A stretch of DNA of 64,000 nt from Eledone cirrhosa (taxonomy: Eukaryota): positions 17,980,001 to 18,044,000 of the forward strand of contig OZ024749.1 in the NCBI GenBank assembly GCA_964016885.1. The letters are read 5' to 3'. The position numbers and the translations under genes are program-made. A model generated the notes under the pieces. The model saw nothing but the letters and a program-made list of their open reading frames with translations, made no database searches and had not been told where the DNA came from. How positions within the stretch are numbered: the first letter of the stretch is position 1; every line of letters starts with the position of its first letter. Of this stretch, positions 53,101-64,000 are shown piece by piece.

Positions 53101-56100
53101 TCAAAAACCTAAAATAATCTATTTTTTTATACTTTTCGAAATATTTCTAAAATTGATTTTTTTGAAATATTTACTTCTGATTTCAAAAACCTAAAATAAT
53201 CTATTTTTCGAAAAACCTAAAATAATATATTTTTTTATACTTTTCAAAATATTTCAAAAATTGATTTTTTTGAAATATTTACTTCTGATTTTAAAAACCT
53301 AAAATAATCTATTTTTTTATACTTTTCGAAATATTTCAAAAATTGATTTTTTTTCAAATATTTACTTCTGATTCCAAAAATCTAAAATAATCTATTTTTC
53401 GAAAAACCTAAAATAATCTATTTTTCGAAAGACCTAAAATAATCTATTTTTTTTATACTTTTCGAAATATTTCAAAAATTGATTTTTTTTGAAATATTTA
53501 CTTCTGATTTCGAAAACGTAAAATAATCTATTTTTCGAAAAACCTAAAATAATCTATTTTTTTGTACTTTTCGAAATATTTCAAAAATTGATTTTTTTTG
53601 AAATATTTACTTCTGATTTCAAAAACCTAAAATAATCTATTTTTCGAAAAACCTAAAATAATCTATTTTTCGAAAAACCTTAATTAATCTATTTTTTTAT
53701 ACTTTTCGAAATATTTCAAAAATTGATTTTTTTGAAATATTTACTTCTGATTTCAAAAGCCTAAAATAATCTATTTTTCGAAAAACCTAAAATAATCTAT
53801 TTTTCGAAAAACCTTAATTAATCTATTTTTTTATACTTTTCGAAATATTTCAAAAATTGATTTTTTTGAAATATTTACTTCTGATTTCAAAAACCTAAAA
53901 TAATCTATTTTTTTATACTTTTCGAAATATTTCAAAAATTGATTTTTTTTTAAATATTTACTTCTGATTCCAAAAATCTAAAATAATCTATTTTTCGAAA
54001 AACCTAAAGTAATCTATTTTTTTATACTTTTCGAAATATTTCAAAAATTGATTTTTTTGAAATATTTACTTCTGATTTCAAAAACCTAAAATAATCTATT
54101 TTTTTATGCTTTTCGAAATATTTCAAAAATTGATTTTTTTGAAATATTTACTTCTGATTTCAAAAACCTAAAATAATCTATTTATTTATACTTTTCGAAA
54201 TATTTCAAAGATTGATTTTTTTTGAAATATTTACTTCTGATTCCAAAAATCTATTTCTTCGAAAAACCTAAAATAATCTATTTTTTCGACATATTTCAAA
54301 AATTGATTTTTTTGAAATATTTACTTCTAATTTCAAAAACCTAAAATAATGTATTTTTTTTATACTTTTCGAAATATTTCAAAAATTGATTTTTTTGAAA
54401 TATTTACTTCTGATTTCAAAAACCTAAAATAATCTATTTTTCGAAAAACCTAAAATAATATATTTTTTTATACTTTTCAAAATATTTCAAAAATTGATTT
54501 TTTTGAAATATTTACTTCTGATTTTAAAAACCTAAAATAATCTATTTTTTTATACTTTTCGAAATATTTCAAAAATTGATTTTTTTTCAAATATTTACTT
54601 CTGATTCCAAAAATCTAAAATAATCTATTTTTCGAAAAACCTAAAATAATCTATTTTTTTTATACTTTTCGAAATATTTCAAAAATTGATTTTTTTTGAA
54701 ATATTTACTTCTAATTTCGAAAACGTAAAATAATCTATTTTTCGAAAAACCTAAAATAATCTATTTTCTTATACTTTTCGAAATATTTCAAAAATTGATT
54801 TTTTTGAAATATTTACTTCTGATTTCAAAAACCTAAAATAATCTATTTTTCGAAAAACCTAAAATAATCTATTTTTCGAAAAACCTAAAATAATCTATTT
54901 TTTTATACTTTTCGAAATATTTCAAAAATTGATTTTTTTGAAATATTTACTTCTGATTCCAAAAATCTAAAATAATCTATTTTTCGAAAAACCTTAATTA
55001 ACCTATTTTTTTATACTTTTCGAAATATTTCAAAAATTGATTTTTTTTGAAATATTTACTTCTGATTTCAAAAACCTAAAATAATCTATTTTTCGAAAAA
55101 CCCAAAATAATCTATTTTTTTATACTTTTCGAAATATTTCAAAAATTGATTTTTTTGAAATATTTACTTCTGATTTAAAAAACCTAAAATAATCTATTTT
55201 TTTATACTTTTCGAAATATTTCAAAAATTGATTTTTTTTTTAAATATTTACTTCTGATTCCAAAAATCTAAAATAATCTATTTTTCGAAAAACCTAAAAT
55301 AATCTATTTTTCGAAAAACCTTAATTAATATATTTTTTTATACTTTTCGAAATATTTCAAAAATTGATTTTTTTGAAATATTTACTTCTGATTTCAAAAA
55401 CCTAAAATAATCTATTTTTTTTATACTTTTCGAAATATTTCAAAAATTGATTTTTTTGAAATATTTACTTCTGATTTCAAAAACCTGAAATAATCTATTT
55501 TTCGAAAAACCTAAAATAATCTATTTTTTTATACTTTTCGAAATATTTCAAAAATTGATTTTTTTGAAATATTTACTTCTGATTTCAAAAACCTAAAATA
55601 ATCTATTTTTTTTATACTTTTCGAAATATTTCAAAAATTGATTTTTTTGAAATATTTACTTCTGATTTCAAAAACCTGAAATAATCTATTTTTCGAAAAA
55701 CCTAAAATAATCTATTTTTTTATACTTTTCGCAATATTTCAAAAATTGATTTTTTTTGAAATATTTACTTCTGATTTCAAAAACCTAAAATAATCTATTT
55801 TTCGAAAAACCTAAAATAATCTATTTTTCGAAAAACCTTAATTAATCTATTTTTTTATACTTTTCGAAATATTTCAAAAATTGATTTTTTTTGAAATATT
55901 TACTTCTGATTTCAAAAACCTAAAATAATCTATTTTTCGAAAAACCCAAAATAATCTATTTTTTTATACTTTTCGAAATATTTCAAAAATTGATTTTTTT
56001 TGAAATATTTACTTCTGATTTCAAAAACCTAAAATAATCTATTTTTTTATACTTTTCGAAATATTTCAAAAATTGATTTTTTTTTAAATATTTACTTCTG

Positions 56101-59100
56101 ATTCCAAAAATCTAAAATAATCTATTTTTCGAAAAACCTAAAATAATCTATTTTTCGAAAAACCTAAAATAATATATTTTTTTATACTTTTCAAAATATT
56201 TCAAAAATTGATTTTTTTGAAATATTTACTTCTGATTTCAAAAACCTAAAATAATCTATTTTTCGAAAAACCTAAAATAATATATTTTTCGAAAAACCTA
56301 AAATAATCTATTTTTTAATACTTTTCGAAATATTTCAAAAATTGATTTTTTTGAAATATTTACTTCTGATTTCGAAAACGTAAAATAATCTATTTTTCGA
56401 AAAACCTAAAATAATCTATTTTTTTATACTTTTCGAAATATTTCAAAAATTGATTTTTTTGAAATATTTACTTCTGATTTCAAAAACCTAAAATAATCTA
56501 TTTTTTTATACTTTTCGAAATATTTCTAAAATTGATTTTTTTGAAATATTTACTTCTGATTTCAAAAACCTAAAATAATCTATTTTTCGAAAAACCTAAA
56601 ATAATATATTTTTTTATACTTTTCAAAATATTTCAAAAATTGATTTTTTTGAAATATTTACTTCTGATTTTAAAAACCTAAAATAATCTATTTTTTTATA
56701 CTTTTCGAAATATTTCAAAAATTGATTTTTTTTCAAATATTTACTTCTGATTCCAAAAATCTAAAATAATCTATTTTTCGAAAAACCTAAAATAATCTAT
56801 TTTTCGAAAAACCTAAAATAATCTATTTTTTTTATACTTTTCGAAATATTTCAAAAATTGATTTTTTTTGAAATATTTACTTCTGATTTCAAAAACCTAA
56901 AATAATCTATTTTTCGAAAAACCTAAAATAATCTATTTTTCGAAAAACCTTAATTAATCTATTTTTTTATACTTTTCGAAATATTTCAAAAATTGATTTT
57001 TTTGAAATATTTACTTCTGATTTCAAAAACCTAAATTAATCTATTTTTCGAAAAACCTAAAATAATCTAATTTTTTGTACTTTTCGAAATATTTCAAAAA
57101 TTGATTTTTTTGAAATATTTACTTCTGATTTCAAAAACCTAAATTAATCTATTTTTCGAAAAACCTAAAATAATCTAATTTTTTGTACTTTTCGAAATAT
57201 TTCAAAAATTGATTTTTTTTGAAATATTTACTTCTGATTTCGAAAACGTAAAATAATCTATTTTTCGAAAAACCTAAAATAATCTATTTTTTTGTACTTT
57301 TCGAAATATTTCAAAAATTGATTTTTTTTTGAAATATTTACTTCTGATTTCAAAAACCTAAAATAATCTATTTTTCGAAAAACCTAAAATAATCTATTTT
57401 TCGAAAAACCTTAATTAATCTATTTTTTTATACTTTTTGAAATATTTCAAAAATTGATTTTTTTTGAAATATTTACTTCTGATTTCGAAAACGTAAAATA
57501 ATCTATTTTTCGAAAAACCTAAAATAATCTATTTTTTTGTACTTTTCGAAATATTTCAAAAATTGATTTTTTTTTAAATATTTACTTCTGATTCCAAAAA
57601 TCTAAAATAATCTATTTTTCGAAAAACCTAAAATAATCTATTTTTCGAAAAACCTTAATTAATCTATTTTTTTATACTTTTCGAAATATTTCAAAAATTG
57701 ATTTTTTTTGAAATATTTACTTCTGATTTCAAAAACCTAAAATAATCTATTTTTCGAAAAACCCAAAATAATCTATTTTTTTATACTTTTCGAAATATTT
57801 CAAAAATTGATTTTTTTTGAAATATTTACTTCTGATTTCAAAAACCTAAAATAATCTATTTTTTTATACTTTTCGAAATATTTCAAAAATTGATTTTTTT
57901 TTAAATATTTACTTCTGATTCCAAAAATCTAAAATAATCTATTTTTCGAAAAACCTAAAATAATCTATTTTTCGAAAAACCTAAAATAATATATTTTTTT
58001 ATACTTTTCAAAATATTTCAAAAATTGATTTTTTTGAAATATTTACTTCTGATTTCAAAAACCTAAAATAATCTATTTTTCGAAAAACCTAAAATAATAT
58101 ATTTTTCGAAAAACCTTAATTAATCTATTTTTTTATACTTTTCGAAATATTTCAAAAATTGATTTTTTTTGAAATATTTACTTCTGATTTCAAAAACCTA
58201 AAATAATCTATTTTTTTATACTTTTCGAAATATTTCTAAAATTGATTTTTTTGAAATATTTACTTCTGATTTCAAAAACCTAAAATAATCTATTTTTCGA
58301 AAAACCTAAAATAATATATTTTTTTATACTTTTCAAAATATTTCAAAAATTGATTTTTTTGAAATATTTACTTCTGATTTTAAAAACCTAAAATAATCTA
58401 TTTTTTTATACTTTTCGAAATATTTCAAAAATTGATTTTTTTTCAAATATTTACTTCTGATTCCAAAAATCTAAAATAATCTATTTTTCGAAAAACCTAA
58501 AATAATCTATTTTTTTTATACTTTTCGAAATATTTCAAAAATTGATTTTTTTTGAAATATTTACTTCTGATTTCGAAAACGTAAAATAATCTATTTTTCG
58601 AAAAACCTAAAATAATCTATTTTTTTGTACTTTTCGAAATATTTCAAAAATTGATTTTTTTTGAAATATTTACTTCTGATTTCAAAAACCTAAAATAATC
58701 TATTTTTCGAAAAACCTAAAATAATCTATTTTTCGAAAAACCTAAAATAATCTATTTTTTTGTACTTTTCGAAATATTTCAAAAATTGATTTTTTTTGAA
58801 ATATTTACTTCTGATTTCAAAAACCTAAAATAATCTATTTTTCGAAAAACCTAAAATAATCTATTTTTCGAAAAACCTTAATTAATCTATTTTTTTATAC
58901 TTTTCGAAATATTTCAAAAATTGATTTTTTTGAAATATTTACTTCTGATTTCAAAAACCTAAATTAATCTATTTTTCGAAAAACCTAAAATAATCTAATT
59001 TTTTGTACTTTTCGAAATATTTCAAAAATTGATTTTTTTGAAATATTTACTTCTGATTTCAAAAACCTAAATTAATCTATTTTTCGAAAAACCTAAAATA

Positions 59101-62100
59101 ATCTAATTTTTTGTACTTTTCGAAATATTTCAAAAATTGATTTTTTTTGAAATATTTACTTCTGATTTCGAAAACGTAAAATAATCTATTTTTCGAAAAA
59201 CCTAAAATAATCTATTTTTTTGTACTTTTCGAAATATTTCAAAAATTGATTTTTTTTGAAATATTTACTTCTGATTTCAAAAACCTAAAATAATCTATTT
59301 TTCGAAAAACCTAAAATAATCTATTTTTCGAAAAACCTTAATTAATCTATTTTTTTATACTTTTCGAAATATTTCAAAAATTGATTTTTTTGAAATATTT
59401 ACTTCTGATTTCAAAAACCTAAATTAATCTATTTTTCGAAAAACCTAAAATAATCTAATTTTTTGTACTTTTCGAAATATTTCAAAAATTGATTTTTTTG
59501 AAATATTTACTTCTGATTTCAAAAACCTAAATTAATCTATTTTTCGAAAAACCTAAAATAATCTAATTTTTTGTACTTTTCGAAATATTTCAAAAATTGA
59601 TTTTTTTTGAAATATTTACTTCTGATTTCGAAAACGTAAAATAATCTATTTTTCGAAAAACCTAAAATAATCTATTTTTTTGTACTTTTCGAAATATTTC
59701 AAAAATTGATTTTTTTTGAAATATTTACTTCTGATTTCAAAAACCTAAAATAATCTATTTTTCGAAAAACCTAAAATAATCTATTTTTCGAAAAACCTTA
59801 ATTAATCTATTTTTTTATACTTTTCGAAATATTTCAAAAATTGATTTTTTTTGAAATATTTACTTCTGATTTCGAAAACGTAAAATAATCTATTTTTCGA
59901 AAAACCTAAAATAATCTATTTTTTTGTACTTTTCGAAATATTTCAAAAATTGATTTTTTTTGAAATATTTACTTCTGATTTCAAAAACCTAAAATAATCT
60001 ATTTTTCGAAAAACCTAAAATAATCTATTTTTCGAAAAACCTAAAATAATCTATTTTTTTGTACTTTTCGAAATATTTCAAAAATTGATTTTTTTTGAAA
60101 TATTTACTTCTGATTTCAAAAACCTAAAATAATCTATTTTTCGAAAAACCTAAAATAATCTATTTTTCGAAAAACCTTAATTAATCTATTTTTTTATACT
60201 TTTCGAAATATTTCAAAAATTGATTTTTTTGAAATATTTACTTCTGATTTCAAAAACCTAAATTAATCTATTTTTCGAAAAACCTAAAATAATCTAATTT
60301 TTTGTACTTTTCGAAATATTTCAAAAATTGATTTTTTTGAAATATTTACTTCTGATTTCAAAAACCTAAATTAATCTATTTTTCGAAAAACCTAAAATAA
60401 TCTAATTTTTTGTACTTTTCGAAATATTTCAAAAATTGATTTTTTTTGAAATATTTACTTCTGATTTCGAAAACGTAAAATAATCTATTTTTCGAAAAAC
60501 CTAAAATAATCTATTTTTTTGTACTTTTCGAAATATTTCAAAAATTGATTTTTTTTGAAATATTTACTTCTGATTTCAAAAACCTAAAATAATCTATTTT
60601 TCGAAAAACCTAAAATAATCTATTTTTCGAAAAACCTTAATTAATCTATTTTTTTATACTTTTCGAAATATTTCAAAAATTGATTTTTTTGAAATATTTA
60701 CTTCTGATTTCAAAAACCTAAATTAATCTATTTTTCGAAAAACCTAAAATAATCTAATTTTTTGTACTTTTCGAAATATTTCAAAAATTGATTTTTTTTG
60801 AAATATTTACTTCTGATTTCAAAAACCTAAAATAATCTATTTTTTTATACTTTTCGAAATATTTCAAAAATTGATTTTTTTTTAAATATTTACTTCTGAT
60901 TCCAAAAATCTAAAATAATCTATTTTTCGAAAAACCTAAAATAATCTATTTTTCGAAAAACCTTAATTAATCTATTTTTTTATACTTTTCGAAATATTTC
61001 AAAAATTGATTTTTTTTGAAATATTTACTTCTGATTTCAAAAACCTAAAATAATCTATTTTTCGAAAAACCCAAAATAATCTATTTTTTTATACTTTTCG
61101 AAATATTTCAAAAATTGATTTTTTTTGAAATATTTACTTCTGATTTCAAAAACTTAAAATAATCTATTTTTTTATACTTTTCGAAATATTTCAAAAATTG
61201 ATTTTTTTTCAAATATTTACTTCTGATTCCAAAAATCTAAAATAATCTATTTTTCGAAAAACCTAAAATAATCTATTTTTCGAAAAACCTAAAATAATCT
61301 ATTTTTTTTATACTTTTCGAAATATTTCAAAAATTGATTTTTTTTGAAATATTTACTTCTGATTTCGAAAACGTAAAATAATCTATTTTTCGAAAAACCT
61401 AAAATAATCTATTTTTTTGTACTTTTCGAAATATTTCAAAAATTGATTTTTTTTTGAAATATTTACTTCTGATTTCAAAAACCTAAAATAATCTATTTTT
61501 CGAAAAACCTAAAATAATCTATTTTTCGAAAAACCTAAAATAATCTATTTTTTTGTACTTTTCGAAATATTTCAAAAATTGATTTTTTTTGAAATATTTA
61601 CTTCTGATTTCAAAAACCTAAAATAATCTATTTTTCGAAAAACCTAAAATAATCTATTTTTCGAAAAACCTTAATTAATCTATTTTTTTATACTTTTCGA
61701 AATATTTCAAAAATTGATTTTTTTGAAATATTTACTTCTGATTTCAAAAACCTAAATTAATCTATTTTTCGAAAAACCTAAAATAATCTAATTTTTTGTA
61801 CTTTTCGAAATATTTCAAAAATTGATTTTTTTTGAAATATTTACTTCTGATTTCAAAAACCTAAAATAATCTATTTTTCGAAAAACCTAAAATAATCTAT
61901 TTTTCGAAAAACCTTAATTAATATATTTTTTTATACTTTTCGAAATATTTCAAAAATTGATTTTTTTGAAATATTTACTTCTGATTTCAAAAACCTAAAA
62001 TAATCTATTTTTTTTATACTTTTCGAAATATTTCAAAAATTGATTTTTTTGAAATATTTACTTCTGATTTCAAAAACCTGAAATAATCTATTTTTCGAAA

Positions 62101-64000
62101 AACCTAAAATAATCTATTTTTTTATACTTTTCGCAATATTTCAAAAATTGATTTTTTTTGAAATATTTACTTCTGATTTCAAAAACCTAAAATAATCTAT
62201 TTTTCGAAAAACCTAAAATAATCTACTTTTTTATACTATTTTCGAAATATTTCAAAAATTGATTTTTTTTTAAATATTTACTTCTGATTTCAAAAACCTC
62301 AAAATAATCTATTTTTTTATACTTTTCGAAATATTTCAAAAATTGATTTTTTTTGAAATATTTACTTCTAATTTCAAAAACCTCAAAATAATCTATTTTT
62401 TTATACTTTTCGAAATATTTCAAAAATTGATTTTTTTGAAATATTTACTTCTGATTTCAAAAGCCTAAAATAATCTATTTTTCGAAAAACCCAAAATAAT
62501 CTATTTTTTTATACTTTTCGAAATATTTCAAAAATTGATTTTTTTTTAAATATTTACTTCTGATTCCAAAAATCTAAAATAATCTATTTTTCGAAAAACC
62601 TAAAGTAATCTATTTTTTTATACTTTTCGAAATATTTCAAAAATTGATTTTTTTGAAATATTTACTTCTGATTTCAAAAACCTAAAATAATCTATTTTTT
62701 TATGCTTTTCGAAATATTTCAAAAATTGATTTTTTTTGAAATATTTACTTCTGATTCCAAAAATCTATTTTTCGAAAAACCTAAAATAATCTATTTTTTC
62801 GACATATTTCAAAAATTGATTTTTTTGAAATATTTACTTCTAATTTCAAAAACCTAAAATAATGTATTTTTTTTATACTTTTCGAAATATTTCAAAAATT
62901 GATTTTTTTGAAATATTTACTTCTGATTTCAAAAACCTAAAATAATCTATTTTTCGAAAAACCTAAAATAATATATTTTTTTATACTTTTCAAAATATTT
63001 CAAAAATTGATTTTTTTGAAATATTTACTTCTGATTTTAAAAACCTAAAATAATCTATTTTTTTATACTTTTCGAAATATTTCAAAAATTGATTTTTTTT
63101 CAAATATTTACTTCTGATTCCAAAAATCTAAAATAATCTATTTTTCGAAAAACCTAAAATAATCTATTTTTCGAAAAACCTAAAATAATTTTTTATACTT
63201 TTCGAAATATTTCAAAAATTGATTTTTTTTGAAATATTTACTTCTAATTTCGAAAACGTAAAATAATCTATTTTTCGAAAAACCTAAAATAATCTATTTT
63301 CTTATACTTTTCGAAATATTTCAAAAATTGATTTTTTTGAAATATTTACTTCTGATTTCAAAAACCTAAAATAATCTATTTTTCGAAAAACCTAAAATAA
63401 TCTATTTTTCGAAAAACCTAAAATAATATATTTTTTTATACTTTTCAAAATATTTCAAAAATTGATTTTTTTGAAATATTTACTTCTGATTTCAAAAACC
63501 TAAAATAATCTATTTTTCGAAAAACCTAAAATAATCTATTTTTCGAAAAACCCAAAATAATCTATTTTTTTATACTTTTCGAAATATTTCAAAAATTGAT
63601 TTTTTTTGAAATATTTACTTCTGATTTCAAAAACCTAAAATAATCTATTTTTTTATACTTTTCGAAATATTTCAAAAATTGATTTTTTTTTAAATATTTA
63701 CTTCTGATTCCAAAAATCTAAAATAATCTATTTTTCGAAAAACCTAAAGTAATCTATTTTTTTATACTTTTCGAAATATTTCAAAAATTGATTTTTTTGA
63801 AATATTTACTTCTGATTTCAAAAACCTAAAATAATCTATTTTTTTATGCTTTTCGAAATATTTCAAAAATTGATTTTTTTTGAAATATTTACTTCTGATT
63901 CCAAAAATCTATTTTTCGAAAAACCTAAAATAATCTATTTTTTCGACATATTTCAAAAATTGATTTTTTTGAAATATTTACTTCTAATTTCAAAAACCTA
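38148..64000. repeat. 38-kb super higher-order repeat, copy 2 (partial; corresponds to 1-25,744)
   Basis: Offset is 38,147 up to ~58.1 kb, then 38,256 after a +1 and a +108 bp change. Markers at 38,256: CAAAAACTTA 22891/61147, the AAAATAATTTTTTAT deletion variant 24925/63181, and the identical ORFs 23967/62223. Confidence 0.93.
41461..51706. repeat. 5,038-bp tandem duplication, counterpart within super-copy 2
   Basis: Same marker order as 3314-13559 shifted by 38,147; GACAT at ~43908, 44924, 48946 and 49962. Confidence 0.88.

Larger units (their letters stand above)
1..64000. repeat. AT-rich tandem satellite array; ~82-bp core monomer with 0-2 extra 26-bp subunits (82/108/134-bp classes), single orientation, running off both window ends
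   Basis: Every line is built from AAAAACCTAAAATAATCTATTTTT, TATACTTTTCGAAATATTTCAAAAATTGAT(7-10)GAAATATTTACTTCTGATTTC and the 26-mer GAAAAACCTAAAATAATCTATTTTTC. No unique sequence and no strand switch seen. The core consensus has 13 G+C in 82 bp. Confidence 0.99.

Noticed and set aside
62223-62423. 66-aa ORF identical to 23967-24167
   Set aside because: Identity simply reflects the 38-kb duplication and is not evidence of coding conservation.
1-64000. CRISPR-like array (palindromic ~26-35 bp repeats at semi-regular spacing)
   Set aside because: The sequence between repeats is itself repeated; there are no unique spacers, leader or cas genes.
1-64000. Giant repeat-protein gene, including under an alternative genetic code or with frameshifting
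   Set aside because: Monomer lengths (82-85, 108-110, 134-136, ~89 bp) are mostly not multiples of three and T-run changes shift frame continually; no codon-position bias is apparent among variants.
1-64000. Telomeric repeat (CCTAAAA / TTTTAGG resembles telomere motifs) or assignment to a named satellite family or organism
   Set aside because: The motif occurs once per subunit and never as a tandem run. I do not recognise the monomer with confidence and saw no CENP-B box; a database search is required.
38148-64000. 38-kb repeat as a pure assembly false duplication
   Set aside because: Not favoured, because the copies differ by a clustered four-change tract and a whole-monomer indel. It cannot be fully excluded without reads, since the copies could be two haplotypes joined in tandem.

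Overview
The whole 64 kb window is one uninterrupted, head-to-tail, single-orientation satellite DNA array, about 16-19% GC by count of the consensus units. I found no credible genes, RNA genes, transposons or CRISPR arrays. The core monomer is ~82 bp (AAAAACCTAAAATAATCTATTTTTTTATACTTTTCGAAATATTTCAAAAATTGATTTTTTTGAAATATTTACTTCTGATTTC). It carries 0, 1 or 2 extra copies of a 26-bp subunit (GAAAAACCTAAAATAATCTATTTTTC), giving monomer classes of ~82, ~108 and ~134 bp, plus 1-3 bp of T-run variation. Monomers are rich in dyad symmetry: a 14-bp perfect inverted repeat, a 12-bp TTTTTCGAAAAA palindrome and a 10-bp GAAATATTTC palindrome. Using rare variants as markers, I traced nested higher-order repeats at 191, 460, 1,004, 1,016, 2,785, 5,038 and ~16.4-16.5 kb, and a 38,147-bp super-unit whose first ~25.7 kb is repeated almost perfectly. 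The two super-copies differ, where I checked, by one apparent gene-conversion micro-tract and one 108-bp monomer indel. This architecture is typical of eukaryotic centromeric or pericentromeric satellite (inference). The organism and satellite family cannot be named from the sequence alone. The four supplied ORFs are by-products of rare 84-bp monomers. All offsets were measured by hand from marker positions, not by full alignment.
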